64,000 nt of DNA from NCBI GenBank assembly GCA_963693365.1, contig CAVNZM010000011.1, forward strand, positions 4,038,639 through 4,102,638, in the 5' to 3' direction. Under the pieces are notes generated by a model, which did no database searches, was not told where the DNA came from, and saw only the letters and a list, made by a program, of their open reading frames with translations. Shown here in pieces: positions 1 to 44,757 of the stretch. The stretch is from Amoebidium appalachense (lineage: Eukaryota; Protista; Ichthyosporea). The translations under genes were made by a program, and so were the position numbers. The stretch's first letter is position 1. Each line of letters begins with the position of its first letter.

Positions 1-602
1 CGAGCCGATCGACCGTCATCCTTCTCCCACGCATGACGTCATAGGTAGTCTTTCTCAAAGCCACGGATATAGAGAAGGGTATACGTTCTTTAGGCTATAG
101 GACCTTGACTCAACTGAGCTGAAAAAGAAAACAAAGCAGCGTTGTGACCTGCAGACTGTCGATGTCGGTTCAAGTCAACTTGCATGCAAGCAAAATCTTT
201 CGGATTTCTTTTTGCATGGCTTTTTTAACTTGGATACGCTATTAGCACTGCAAGTTGACGCGTTCAATTGCCTTACAACCACAAATTTTGACTCGTCGTA
301 AGAGGGTGTAACGCCACAACACCCGTAGATCCGATATTCAACCAGCCCTCCCTTTTTGCATCTTGACCAGATCCCAAACTGCCTTTGGGTAATCAAAGAA
401 AACGAGATTTTAATCAGTGTTTTTTGGCACCTTTTTACCCTAGTGGTACGCACGATACTTTCAGAATCATACAATCGTCAAACATTCCTGGACATGCATC
501 CAACCTGAGCCCACGTTTCACAGACGCACATACACGCATGCGTGCACACAGACACACGCACGCACGCACGCACGCGCATAGCCTCACGCACAAAGCCAGA
601 AA

Positions 603-19770
<19,168 letters not shown>

Positions 19771-20771
19771 CGTATGTGCCAGCCAACCAAAGCAAGCGAA
19801 TGAAAGTGCATTGAATGCTGAGTACGTGATGTATCTCGTTAAGCATTTCTATCCCTCGGAATTTATCGTATGGACGTTCTGTGGTGTTTTGTCACGTTTT
19901 CGTATGTGTAGTTTTTCATGACTCCGACAACTTTTTGCTGTGAATGCATTCACAGAGTTCGATACATTTGATTACAAAGTTTTGTACATAGGTGTACATA
20001 GTAGATCAAGGTCCCAATTTTTCACTCAGTTTCTCTGTCGCTAGGTGACATGTAAGCCTGAGACAGGGTTCGAGATTGGGGTCGAACTGCATGTGACAAT
20101 TCGACTGATGTATAAAATCAACTGGTTGTAGTGCCGCTGATGTTTCCGAGTCACGTGGCTGTTAATTATGTGTTACACGACCAATATATATATATATATA
20201 TATATATAACCGAATAGCTAAACATTGACTGCTCTGTGAGACTGGACATCGGCTTTGTCCAAATGCAGCGCCTGCGCAAAATCAAAGGCTTTCTTGTTCG
20301 AAATCATACCAGTTGAGTATGTACAAATACCTCCTTGCCGATCCCCCCCAGCCCCCCCCCCCCCCCCCCCCCCCCCTCTCTCCCCCTAGGCCTCCCCTCC
20401 CCCCCCTCCCCCCACCCCCACCCCACCCCCCACCCCCACCCCTCCAAACAGAACCACACACGAACACACACAAACATGGATACACACTCTCTCTCTGACA
20501 CACGCACACACACACACACTCACACAAAGATGCACACATACAAATACCAAAGTTTTTAGCCTAGTTAGCATAATAATACACATTCTTCCACGTATGTGGG
20601 CATGGGCACCCACCGTGTCACACGTGTAAGGAAACTTGCATACAATGTCCACAAGCGTGTATTTGCATGCATTGCGTTATAATATCAGACTCTGTCCGTG
20701 CACGTTTCTTTCTTTCCCCGGCCTCCCCGGGCCCCCCCCCCCTCCCCCCCCCCCCCCAACACACACGCGCG

Positions 20772-20819
<48 letters not shown>

Positions 20820-21177
20820 GACCCTACGAACCAACCATGCAATCCCTGTGAACGTAATACTGGGCGTCGACATGGTGGAGTAAACTGTATCTAAGTGGTG
20901 TATGTATGCATCTGGGTCACCCTGTGTTGTAGTGAAAGTATGTGACACCTTTTGTGTGATTGTGTGGATGTATGCTGGCTTGTGTTTACCAGCTGCAGCG
21001 AGTGACAAGCGTGTGTGCGTGACACTCAGACGGTGTTCGTAATAATTGAATGGGTGTGTGTGTTGTATGCATGCAACGGTTATAATTTACAGTGTGTTGG
21101 TGCATGCATACGCCGTGACAAGTGTTAAAATTTGTTAATTGTGTACGTACCACTAGATTTTATAATCAAATGGTGTG

Positions 21178-21246
<69 letters not shown>

Positions 21247-21247
21247 C

Positions 21248-21278
<31 letters not shown>

Positions 21279-23421
21279 TGCGTGCGTGTGTGTGTGTCAC
21301 ATGTACAGTGTACGTGTGTGTTGTGTTTGACTCACGGTGACAATGTGGCTGCGTGTGTGGTCTTTGTTTGTGTGTACATGTAATCACATGTGTGTGTGTG
21401 TGTGTGTGTGTGTGTTTTGTGTGTGTCACGGTGTATGTGTATGTTTGGGTGGGTGAATGGGCGGGTTGGTACACGTGCATTGTGCACGTGTGTCACAGTG
21501 GCCATGGGTGTGTGTGTGCGTAACGTACGCATATGACACCGTGTGTACTCACTACGTGTGTGCGTGTGTGTGCGTGCGTGTGTGTGTGTGTGTGTGTGCG
21601 TGCGTGTGTGTGCTCGTGTGTGCTCGTGTCCGGTTGTGTGTGTGTATGTGCTTGTGCTTATGTGTGTGGGCGCTGGTTTCGAATGAGGGTGTGTCTCTGA
21701 TGTGCGTGTGTACACGTGTGTGCCACCAGCACTGGTGCTGCAGCCTGCCGTCTCCGCTCAAAGCGCGCCACATTCCACCGCCGCATACTGATAACCTCTT
21801 GAGCTAATATAAATGGCTAAGGATATCCCAATAATGGGATGATGGCGAATTAGATACGGTTTTGCAGATTACAGTGTATTGATTCACGAAATGTCAGGTA
21901 GCTTGAAGTCCGCATTTATGGAAATGCTTGATACACCTATCGCATCCAATCAAATGAAAAAACCAATAATGAAAGGAATGTAAGCAAGCCATGGCTTTGA
22001 AACCAGAACCTATTATGATTGGCCAGATGAAAGCCAATCATATAAAAGCTGAAGGCTATCAGACCTTATTTGGAGTTTACAAAATCCGTTGCTTTTGACA
22101 TGGACATCCAAGGAGGCAGGTAGATGAACCCCGATTGGTAATGCTAGATGGCGCCAAGTTTATATCATCCTTATCTCGATAGATAAACAATAGGTATTCC
22201 CTTAATTAATCTCACAAGAAGGTACAAAAGCAAACTTATAGACACTGAAACATTATTTATGCATGAATAAATAGTTGCTCTGCTTATTATATCTCTGGTA
22301 AGGAAATTTTGAACACCAAAGAAAACTGTTTGAAAGCTGCCTAAGAGCCCAGCCCACATACTATTCGTCGAAAACCATGCACTCATGCTTTCTATTTTGA
22401 GATCATGTCATGTGCCGGGAGTATAAAACGTGGTTCAAGATAGAATTATCCCTTTACCAGACTGAGCCGTTCGTTTTTATTAAGGCTCTGGTTTTGCTGG
22501 CATGTAATCTACCCCTCTTCCCTTCATGCGTTTTTTCTATAGTTGTTCGCTAATAGTCCTCTAAAGAAGAGAAAAAGTAGTAGAAAGGTTTTTCGAGTTA
22601 TGACGGTCCGGCAGGATGGATTGTAGCGTTCAAACTTACGTGACATTTTGATGTGATGGGTAGTACAGAGCATAGGTTTAGAAGGGAAGAACCAGAACAG
22701 TTTTCTTCAAGTTTTGGAACAAGGAATAGGCATCCGACGAGAGAACCTCAGTAAAACTACCCATATCCTACGAAGCTATCTCACCGGAGCATCCACAGTT
22801 CATTTTCTCAAGCACACAACATGCATATGAACGACATAATTATGTAGACTTCGTTCGAGTTCTGTCGAGTTCTGGAGTCAATGTTTTAGTCAAACAAACA
22901 TCATTTTTCAACTTTTTTCAAGATTAGCTATCAAACCATAAAACGCAGCGTCTGTCAAGCCATCATACATTTCTATGGGCAACAGGCTGTGTTTAAAACA
23001 ACAATTCAGGGATTTAGCGTTTTGGGTGCAGTGGCCAATCCCAAAGATCAGTGCGATGACCACTGCCTGCTAAAGCAATTTTGCTCCTCCGCCTGGTATA
23101 TTTCGTGCACGCATGCGATCGAGAGTAGAAAATAGAGTGGTGTTGTTTACTTCCAAGATGTTTTTGTGGGATGTATTAATGGTCTCAGTCATAGTTAGAG
23201 AGCAGTGGTTGTCATGCCTTGTTGAAAGTTATGTGTCCAGGAAAACGTGTTTCAAGAAAGGCACAGCACGCAAAACGGAGAATCAGCGTACCCTTAACTA
23301 TTGCATTACAGTGTGGTTTTGGGAAAAATGCATCGTTTTCTTCCCTTAGTCCATGATATAGTTACGGTTAGTTGGAGATTCTCATTTGTCTTGGCCAGTT
23401 TGAACCCCCCCCCCCCCCCGG

Positions 23422-23454
<33 letters not shown>

Positions 23455-23473
23455 ACCACCACCACCACCACCA

Positions 23474-23559
<86 letters not shown>

Positions 23560-23785
23560 ATACATACAAACATACACATCTCCTTTCCTGCCCCTTCTGG
23601 TTTTTCCTCTTTCTGGATATCCCTTCTTTCTCCCTTTTTCCCTCAAGCACATCCACACCTTATCATGCCCTTTCATTCTAGCCAACTCACCCGTTCCCCA
23701 AAACGTTCAATCACCATCACTTACTTTTTTTACTTTACACTAGTTTACAACACTGACACGTGCATGTGGCCTGCAGGTTCCCACA

Positions 23786-33839
<10,054 letters not shown>

Positions 33840-34211
33840 TCGGTGCGTAATCGGCTGTAATCCGTATTTTGTTTGATGGGCAACTACCATCAATGGATGG
33901 ACAGACAGCCCATTGGTTTCCGTGATAATGCCGGGAATCATTCCGGGACGGCAACTTACGTAATTGGGTAGGCACATGTGTACTCACTGGAGGGCATGTG
34001 CATGTGCAAGGCATATACACACACACGTGCACACCAGGTAGATGCATATGTGGTTGCTCGTGTGTGCACTTGCGTGTGTTTGGTGGATTTTCAACACACC
34101 TTGCCAATTTTTTTTGTTTGTTTGTTTGCTTGTTTGCTGGAATCAACCATGGATGTTGGGCACGATCACGCAACCAGCCATCACCACCGAAAGCATATGT
34201 ACGAACGCAGC

Positions 34212-34262
<51 letters not shown>

Positions 34263-34958
34263 CACCCCTAAACGATGCACTCTGAACACATTTCGACACA
34301 GACATCTCAGAATCTGTCACGTAATTTTTTTGAATCCATAGGCCTTTTTTCCCCAACGTTTGTACAATGCATGCAGAGTACATGCATATGTTTTATGCCA
34401 GAACTCGAATGGACGACCGCGCTTGCACGGAAACAGGCCCTGCATCCCGGTTCGATCCATAGAAGGAAGTGCACGCGTGCATAACTTATATTGATTCGAT
34501 CACGTGCTGATTGCATTTGAACATAAATGCTTGTTGTTGTATAACTTGTAAACAAAATGTGTAGTAAAGTCGATTACCAAGACGTTGTCAATTACATGTT
34601 GAGATGATACAAAGTGATCAACACCTGTATAGAGACATATAACTGAGCTGTGTCTGTATAGAACTTCAATTGTGTGTCACAAAGATGTACGACATATTAA
34701 GTATCAAGCAGAGACTTTCAGAGTGGTGCGGGCACCATATGTGAATATAATAAACGAGAAAATGATTACATGATTACACCTGTACACATGTTACACAGCT
34801 CCACCGAGCAGGGTTTGATGGCATCTAATCCAGGGTTCATGCATGGGTTAGCGGGTTGCCAGGTGCTGTTTTCCGGAAAGGCTTGGGGAGTGGGGGGGGG
34901 GAGGGGGGGGGGGGGGGTCGTCGGAGGTTGAGAATTATCAGGGTATATATATAACCAA

Positions 34959-35140
34959 GGGGTTTACGCTGTTTACTCGAGGCAAAGAGAAACCAGTCTC
35001 AGGTATGGGGGTTTTTGCTCGGAATATCCCCTCAGCGGTATATCATCATCAAGTACACAGATGTCGGGTGTTGATATCAGGGTTTTCTTACTCTACGAAG
35101 CACCACAAAGACTAATAAAATCAATTAGTTGGGTTCCCCG
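34959..35140 (+). repeat. Dispersed ~190-bp repeat followed by poly-T, copy 1
   Basis: Similar to 37387-37584 (GGGGTTTACGCTGTTTACTCGAGGCAAAGAG...GTTCCCCG followed by a T-run). Confidence 0.85.
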
Positions 35141-35644
35141 TTTTTTTTTTCTTTTTTTTTTTTTCTTTATTTTTTTTTCCCCTACCCACATGCACCTTAT
35201 CGGGCAGTACGACACGATGCCTATGTAATTGATATTACAGTGTGTGTGTGTGGGTGTGTGTGTGTGGTGATGGTGGTGTGTGGGGGGGGGGGGGAGAAGG
35301 GAGGGGGATATGTGAATGGGCGGGCACATACTTCTCTCACTTTCCTGAAGTCCCCCCTCCCCCCTCCCCCCGGCTCACACACTAGCCAGTGCTCTCTCTC
35401 TCTCTCTCTGTCTCTCGCCCCCCCCCCCTCCCCCCCCCCGGCCCCGGGGCCCTCCTCCCCCTATCCTCGAGATTTTTTGCTCTCACTTTCTCCCTTACTC
35501 AGCGCCACGGTTTGCGCGCATATGTACATGAATGAGTGTGTACGTGTACGTATATGTCCGTGTACGTGTATGTATGTGTGTGTGTACCCACGCGCAAGTG
35601 CATGATGTTCATGTGTGTGTGCGCGCGCACGTGTGTGTGTCAAA

Positions 35645-35675
<31 letters not shown>

Positions 35676-37386
35676 GGTGGGTGGGGCCGGTGGGGGGGGG
35701 GGGGGGGGGGGATTGCAGTGCGCCATCTTCCGATGGCGTGCGCACGTGTGCACGAGTGTGCTGTTGTGAGGGCGTCGTACACTGGTGTGTGCCAGTGCTT
35801 CTAATTTTACCTATGCAGCAACCTCAGTAGGCTACCCAAGTGTCTACTTCTCTAAGCACGGCTTTAGAGTGTCGTGGATTATTCTATTCAAAATACTCGT
35901 GTTCAGAATTAACTCGGCTATCAAGTGAGTGCGTACATGAGTTAGTTAGAGCACGTGACCGCCCAAAGCCAAAGCCACACGGTTTGTGGGTTTTATTTGA
36001 AATTATTGAAATGGGCTGAGGGAGGACTTCCAACTGAGAGAAGAGAGAGGTGAGGGAGGTGGGCCTCCAAATTTGGCCCGGATGGGGAACGGCGACCCAC
36101 ACATGAATTGGGTGGGGGGGGGGGGGGGGGGGGGGGGGGGGAGGGGGTAGCTACAAGAAGGCGGGTGCGAGGGGCTGATCCACAGCAATAATTTAAGCGG
36201 CTTCTGACATATGCATGTTAATAGACTATAGAACGAAATGGGAAGAATCCAGCACATGTCGGATTGGTACCAACCATACTTAGGCAGTGGTAGTTCAAGC
36301 AAGAACGGAGCCTGGCATCCTAGGTCATTAAGCGTGATCGACATGGATGCAGGCGATCTATTGAAGACAGGCACTATTTACGAGGCCACTACATAAACCT
36401 GAGAGAGAGAGGGAGAGTCTCAAACATGACCAGGTAATCGAACACAAGGCTTTGGGACCTGATTAAAGGGCCTCAGTTGAAGGGCTGCACAGTAATTGTG
36501 TGTGCATAGATGGGGGGAAATTCGTGACATGCGTACCAACCCCAACGGTACTTCCACCCAACAAGGTACTATGGCATATGTAGATAAAGGGTTACAGGAT
36601 AGTAAACATCAGGTGTAGAGACATCACGTCTTTTTTTTTTTTTTTTTTTTGTTCTTGTTTTTTTTGGGTTTGTTTCAAATAGTATGCATGGCAGCGGCGC
36701 GCTGGGCGCCCGCGCCTTTCGCGCGTCTCAACAAAAACAGCCAATCAGCGAAACCGAAAATGTCACACTTTGGCAAATGGAGATCCCCTGAGCACTGGTA
36801 CATAGCAATTTCGCACCGAAATTCGAAAACGTCTAATGCCCATTTGTGAGAAGAGGCCTATTAGAGACAAAGGAATAAATTTTACCTCATACTCCTTTCC
36901 CCTTAATGAAATTACGTAAAATGTCAAGATTAGAGTAGAACTCAGGATAATAATGTCTCGCATCGCACTGATTCGCACATGTGTTTGACTTTGATGACGT
37001 ATATTGTATACCCGTAATGGTTGGCTGGCCTTGGAAACCAATCACCAGAGGGAAACGTGATGCCTTTGTCGCGTCTTTTGAAGCAAATAGTCTTAAACCC
37101 CCACTTGAAGAAGCTTTTTCCTTACATATCTATCTCAAGCTCCCCTTTACTTTATGAACTGAACCATTTTTGTGATTTGAATTGCTGGCCCCAAGGGTTC
37201 TGCGTCTAAATGTACATTTTGACAACTGAAATTCTTAGAAATATTCGAAAGAAGTCTATCCTATATAACCTGGAGGAAAAACTACATGTAGACGTCATAG
37301 AGAGATTGAGTCGGTGCGAAGGCCTCCTATATCATACTAACTTGGTCGGTGCACTGATTCGAAAATTTTTATCTGATATTAGACCT

Positions 37387-37583
37387 GGGGGTTTACGCTG
37401 TTTACTCGAGGCAAAGAGAACCAGTCTCAGGTATGGGGGGGGGGGGGTTTGCTCGGAATATCCCCTCAGCGGTATATCATGATCACGTACATAGATGTCG
37501 GGTGGTGACTATATATCAGGGTTTACTTTCTCTACGAGACACCATAAAGACTACAAGGAGAAATCAATTAGTTGGGGTTCCCC

Positions 37584-37584
<1 letters not shown>
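37387..37584 (+). repeat. Dispersed ~190-bp repeat followed by poly-T, copy 2
   Basis: Similar to 34959-35140 and followed by a 48-nt T-run. Confidence 0.85.
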
Positions 37585-37636
<52 letters not shown>

Positions 37637-37668
37637 GGGCTCCCCTCGGGACACTCGGTATCAGCTGG

Positions 37669-37727
<59 letters not shown>

Positions 37728-38225
37728 GTGTGTGTGTGTGCGCGTGCGCTATAATTTTGTAGTGATGTGTTTCTCAAGCCAATCAATACATCTAATAAAC
37801 AGGTCGTAGTTACGCGTGTTTAGTATAAAATCAAGGATGTTGTAATTTACAGGTAGGCTATCTTTCTGGGTGTCTGTTGTGAATGTGACGTGTGTGTGTT
37901 GCGGTATTATGTGGTCTATCAAACTACATTTGGCGATACATGACCGGTTAAACTGGTGTGTGTGTGTGTTATTAGACCTGACAACTTAAACCAACTTTAT
38001 TGTTTAGGGTGAACAGGGAACTCGTTTCAAATAAAATAAAAAAAGCAAGCCCGCTTACACACAGTTCGCACGAGGACGCACACACGCATCCGCACATCAT
38101 ATCACGTGTTTTACACAGGTGTCTGTGCTTGTGGCCTGTTTCAAAAGCACACACACGCTGACCGTGACACGCACATATACGCCCATCACGTGTGCTCCTA
38201 CGTACACACATAACTTTCTAGTACC

Positions 38226-38684
38226 ATGAAGCCGCTAGAGCTTGGTGCCTTTCTTTCGCTTGGCACCATTTGGGGTGCGTCTTTTCTGTTTATTAAATGG
38301 GCTTCGGACCCAGAGGAAGGGTTCCCGCCGGTAAGTTTTCCTCTCCCACCCGGCTCCTCTTGTTCTTAAAGACTAAGCCTCTTCCTTTCTCCCCCTCCCC
38401 CTGGTCCCCCCCCCCCCCTCCCCGTTTCCTGCCTCCCCCCCCCCCCCCCCCCTTTTGCTCTGTCCTTCCAGTGCTCCCTCTCTCCCTCTCCCTCCCTCCC
38501 CCCCCCCCCCCCCCCCCTCCTTTGCTCTGTCCTTCCAGTGCTCCCTCTCTCCCTCTCCCTCCCTCCCCCCCCCCCCCCCCCCCCCCCCCCCCTCACCGCC
38601 CCCCCCTCTCTCTTTCCCCTTTTCCACCCTCGGTCCCTTCCCCCATTCCCCTCTCTCTCTCTCTCTCTCTCTTTCTCTCCCTCT

Positions 38685-38755
<71 letters not shown>

Positions 38756-38810
38756 GTCTCTCTGTCTCTCTCTTTCTCTCTCTCTCTCTCTCCCTCCCCC
38801 CCCCCCCCTC

Positions 38811-38842
<32 letters not shown>

Positions 38843-39524
38843 GTCTCTCTCTCACCCCCTCCCCCCTCTTTCTCTCTCTCTCTTCTTCCCTCCCCCCTTC
38901 CCCTTCCCTTCCCCCATCCTCCCGTCCCTTATAATACCGTTGGTTGGTGCATCTGTCCTGACTTGCTTGCGTGTTTCCCCCCTTCGTCATCCCCTTCCCT
39001 TCCCCCCCCCCCCCCCCCCCTCGCTCCCCCCTGCCTCCCCCTAGCTTCTGCCCCTCTATTGCTCAATTCTTAAGCTGCTCCCCATTAACCCCCAGGCTTC
39101 TCGTATTCCTTTATCCTAGGGATGTTATATAGCCTCCGTTCTCCTTTGCTCCCTCCTTCTTCGTTCTTCTACCTCTCCTGCTCCCATTACAAAGTGCGAG
39201 CAGACCCCCTCCTCTTCTTACGAAGTCAAACCAACCACTGCTCTTCCCTTGACTTCTTTTTTTTTTTTACGCTATCAAAGTCTGCTGAGGGTTGAAGTTT
39301 TAACCGGGTTGGTTTCCTTGCCTCTCATGACTTGGTTAAGTAATAGATTTGTTACGAGCGGGCACGCTCGGAAATCCGTGGTTGTGCCCCCGGCCGAGTT
39401 TTATCATTTCTGCGTTTACTTCAAATGCTTTTCGAAGATCATCTACAACTGCTCTTGCGTTTGGTGTAAACTGCAATCTGACGCTCTCCAAAGCTTCTTA
39501 TTTCCACCCCTTCACACGCGCGCG

Positions 39525-39563
<39 letters not shown>

Positions 39564-39761
39564 CACCCTCCCGCCCTCACCTTCCAATTCTCATTCACTT
39601 TTATCCAACCACCAGCACAATCCCCTTCCCCTCCCCCCCCCCCCCCCCTCCCCCCACCACCATCCACCCCTTTGCCGTCACTCAGCTTGCTCCCTCCCGA
39701 CCTTGACCCGTCCATCCCAGCCCCTCCCACCTCCTGCCAAACTCTCGCTCCCCTCCCCCCC

Positions 39762-39792
<31 letters not shown>

Positions 39793-40723
39793 ACACACAC
39801 ACACCACCCTACTCCACAGCTTACGTTGGTGGCTATGCGTCAGCTTACAGCGTCTGTAGCCATGCTCATATACAACGTGGGTCTGTGCTTCTACGATGGA
39901 GAGCACAGGGACTACCTTGCCAATCTGTGGAGGGACCACCCTGATTTCTTCTGGAAGGTATGCAAGGGGCGAGTTGAGTCCGTCGTAATTTGCTTTATTC
40001 TGTTTGCTGTAACCACCTTGCTAGTGGCTGATATTCTCCCCACCACCGTTCGTGTTCCCCCCTTTGTGGTTGGGTGTAGGCCTAGGGAGAAGGCAGAGAT
40101 GGGGGGGGGGGGGGGGTTGAGTTGGTACGAGAGGGAGGAGCAAAGTTTCCACCTACCCTCTGTTTTGCATGCAGAGGAGAGATAACACCTCACTTCCCTA
40201 GCCTCTTTACTTTTCTTCCGGGTTTCCTTGTGATTTTACACGTTGCTGCTTGTCATATACAGAACCCACTCTTTACTCATAGAAAAGAAAAGTATACATG
40301 GGTGGACGGCACCCCGGGGAGGGGGGGGGGGGGGGGGGGGGGGGGAAGGGCTAATGGAGATCATAACATATGCTATGGTGGTATGCATGGATGTTTGGCA
40401 CACATCTTCCCCCGGACATCTTTTTTTTGTGCACCTGCACGACGCCTTTGCATGCACGTGTCCATGCATATTTACACAAACTGACTAACATTCACACACA
40501 CACAAACACATGCACGTGTCTATGCATATTTGCACAAGCAGTCACACCTTCACATACACACATGCGCGCGCACACACACATGCACGTGGATACACACACA
40601 CACATGCACGTGGATACACACACACATGCACGTGGATACACACACACATGCACGTGGATACACCCACACATGCACGTGGATACACACACACATGCACGTG
40701 GATACACTCACACATGCACGTGG

Positions 40724-40774
<51 letters not shown>

Positions 40775-41110
40775 CGCTAGTGATGGGTATTCTCAACAAC
40801 TCTCTCCCCTTCACGCTTGTTGCCTGGGCCGAGAGCAACAAGTACGTCAATGTTGGTGTAGCCAGCGTCATCGACTCTGCCATTCCCATTTTTGCGCAAA
40901 TATTCGGCCATTTCTTGTTGGTGAGTGTGCCCCCCGATTTGGGGTGTTTTTTTCCTTCTGGTTTTTGCTTTCATGGTTCATACCTGATATCCCCTATTCC
41001 CCGGGTTTGTCATTTTGGTGACATTTTTAGTTTTTTTTTTTTTTTGTGTGTTTTTTTTTTAATTGTCCTTTGGTGTCGCCTCATATTTCTAACCTTCTAA
41101 TGCATACATC

Positions 41111-41155
<45 letters not shown>

Positions 41156-42038
41156 AATAGGCAGTTGCATGTTTGGATTCTTTTTTTTTGTCGACTTGAA
41201 AGCTATTATCAGCCCGTTAAAGAAAAAAAAGGCACACACACACTCACGGGCCTGGTTATTCCGACCACCATATCCAATTGCAGCACGAGGAGAAGCTTTC
41301 ATGGCAGCGTGTGGTAGCCATTTTGGTCGGATTTGGGGGGGTTATTGTGATCTGCCTGGAGAAGATGTTGAACCTGGACCCTGACACCACGACGGATGAG
41401 AACAAATGGCGCACCCTGGGCTACTATCTGATGATTATTGTGGCTACGGCGTCATATGGCCTGGCTAGTGGTGCGTGCGTGTGTGGGGTGTTTTTGGGAG
41501 AAAGGGGGTGAGGGGGTGGGGGGGTACGTGCGTGTGTGTGTGCATGTGTGTGAGTGTGTGTGTGTCGTGCTTGCACATCTTTGCCAATGCATGAGTGCAC
41601 TTCCACACCTCTTATGCCCACACATACGGGCACACGAACATTCCCACTGGACGACACATACATGTAACACACACACACACACACACAGACACACCCGCGC
41701 GCCCTCGCACACACACACACACACACACATGCACACACACATGCACAAATGAGCACCAACGTCGACATTCGCCTTGGTTGTTACATGTATGATGATCACG
41801 GACATATTTCGTCCCAGTTAGTCAGGTGACTTATTCCCCCCCCCCCCCCCCCCCCCCCCCCACCACCACCACCACCACCACCACCACCACCACACACACA
41901 CACAGAAAATAAAACCCCCCACTCAGCCCCGAAAACATGCAAACGTGCACATATCTACATACATGCAGGCACACATTGCACACACATCACACACATACAC
42001 ACCGCTTTACGCACAAACAGACACCCACGCACACACGT

Positions 42039-42103
<65 letters not shown>

Positions 42104-42113
42104 GTTTGGGCAC

Positions 42114-42179
<66 letters not shown>

Positions 42180-42310
42180 GTGTTTGGGCGCATGCACCTG
42201 CTGGGGTTCAGGCGGTCGCTGGCCATCACCGGGCAGATTGTTGCAGGGGCACTAGTCAACACCGTCCTCGCATGCACCATCGATTTCTTCACCCCATTCG
42301 ATGTAAGTCA

Positions 42311-42346
<36 letters not shown>

Positions 42347-42553
42347 CCCGCCGCCGCCTCCCTCCCTCCCTCCCCCGGCGCGTGTGTGTGCAGAATCTAG
42401 ATTAAATTGTACAATGTACTCTGTAACGATAACACCTTTCTACCCGGCTCCCCTCCCTCCCCCCCCCCCCCTCCCCCCCACCCAAAAAAAAAAAAAAAAA
42501 ACAAGAAAAAAAAATCCGTGCATGCGCGCGCACACACTCATACACACACACAC

Positions 42554-42589
<36 letters not shown>

Positions 42590-42793
42590 GCAGACACATG
42601 CGCGCACACGCACAGAGAGAATCTGCATTGTTTTGTCCTGAATGTGTTCCTCGTAATCTATAACGTAACTGGAACCATGCCCCCCCCCCTCCCCCCTCCC
42701 CCCTATAATCTAACTCCTCGTCCCATCAGCCTTTTTCTATATAGCCACAGGCTTCCTCGCGACACCCCCACCCCCTCCCCCGTCCCCTAAATA

Positions 42794-42846
<53 letters not shown>

Positions 42847-42946
42847 ACACTCGTACACCACCACCATCACTACCACACACATACACACAAGCACACACAC
42901 ACGCACATGCACACACACACAAGCACATCGACACCAATACACGCAT

Positions 42947-43035
<89 letters not shown>

Positions 43036-44040
43036 CGTTCTCCGACAAGCCCCACTTCAGCTTCTTCCACCAGGCCACCCTACGCTCCTACCTCTCCATT
43101 GCCTATTTGGGGTTGGTAGCCACATGTGGTGCATATGTTTTCTACTTCTACCTGCTAAGGACTGTCGGTACGTTATTCCCCCATGCATACTCTTTATGTA
43201 TGGCTTGCATTCTGCATCGTGTTATCCGTTTGTTCTTGTGTACTTCGTACTTTTTGACGCATTCAAACCCCCCCCCCCCCCCCCCCCTGCCAACACATAC
43301 ACACACGATCGCTCGCACACGCACACACGTGCGCCCGCCCTTCTCCCTGCCAACAAAAAAGGGGGAGGAAGAGAGAGCAAACCGTGATATTGTTTGGAGG
43401 ATTTCTGTGTGTTGCTGTGGCTGATGATACAGAAATGGTGCACTATGGTTTCAGGTGTGGTGCAGCCGTGGAACAAAGTAGGCAACGTGTGCTGGTGAAG
43501 GGCTCGTGTGGGTGCTATAGTAGAACCTGGCAGGGGGAAACCATCTCTTGTGTTCTTGTTTTTTCTTTTTTTCTTTTCGTGTGTGTGTGTGTGTGCGTGT
43601 GTGTGTGTGTGCGCGCGCGTGTGTGTTTGTGAGTTTTTTCCTTCCGGCTTTTCTGGAGTGTGGGTGGGTGGGTGGGGTGGTCGGTGGGGGGGAAGGGGGG
43701 GAAAGGGGGGGGGGGGGGGGGGGGGGGGGGGAAAGGGGGGGGGGGGAGATGGCTGGTTGGTGGTGGTCTGTGTGGAGGTGAGGGTGGCTGGGATGTGGTG
43801 GTGGTGGGGGGGGGGGGGGGGGGGGGGGGGGGGAGGAGGGGGGGTTGATAGTTGGAGCCTCGACATATCATGTAGCCATATGTGTTGACCAAGTTTCGGG
43901 TGTGGGGGGGTTCTAGGGTCAGTCAAGCAGGCCATGGTGGGGTTCATGCTGCCCGTGGTGGGCATGATTTTGGGTATTTTCGTCCAGCACGAGTGGGTGG
44001 GTGTCAACCCGATCTACAAGATGCTCCAGGTTCTGGGTAC

Positions 44041-44085
<45 letters not shown>

Positions 44086-44115
44086 AGAAAAAAAAACCCC
44101 CCAAAAAAACAAACA

Positions 44116-44156
<41 letters not shown>

Positions 44157-44420
44157 ACACCGTAGAAATGCACACCTGCACCGCCGTACACACGAGTGTA
44201 TGCATGTGCATGTGATGTGCGCACAAATGGACACACATGCACACACCTACACGCACGTACACACGTGCATGCACACACACACACACACTCACGCATGCAC
44301 ACACATGCACGCACACACGCACACCTACACACAAAAAACACGCACACACGAGAAGCGGGGTACAGGCGTCAATGTAGGGCATGTTACCAACCCCCTCCTC
44401 CCCGGCCCCTCCCCCCGACC

Positions 44421-44451
<31 letters not shown>

Positions 44452-44713
44452 CCCAGGCGCACGCACACGCGCGCATGCCCGTACGCAAACGGCACTTAAC
44501 AAACACAAAGAGAGGGGAATAAAAAACACAACTGACCTACCTACCATGCGCACACGCCCATGACACGGGCCCATACGGAACACACACATCTCCCCCCTCC
44601 CCCCCCCCCCTCCCCGGGTGTTTATCCAAACACACAAAACTTCACACACGGAGTAACCCGCCTACACAGAACCACACCTGTGCAACGACCATAGTTCGGG
44701 TGTGTGTGTGTGT

Positions 44714-44757
<44 letters not shown>

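Noticed and set aside
36238-36396. Short ORF MGRIQHMSDWYQPY... and ORF 37210-37482
   Set aside because: No recognisable motif or supporting splice structure; they may be decayed element sequence.
38451-38570. Direct duplication of TTTGCTCTGTCCTTCCAGTGCTCCC between C-runs
   Set aside because: Simple local slippage or an assembly duplication in low-complexity intron sequence, with no further signal.
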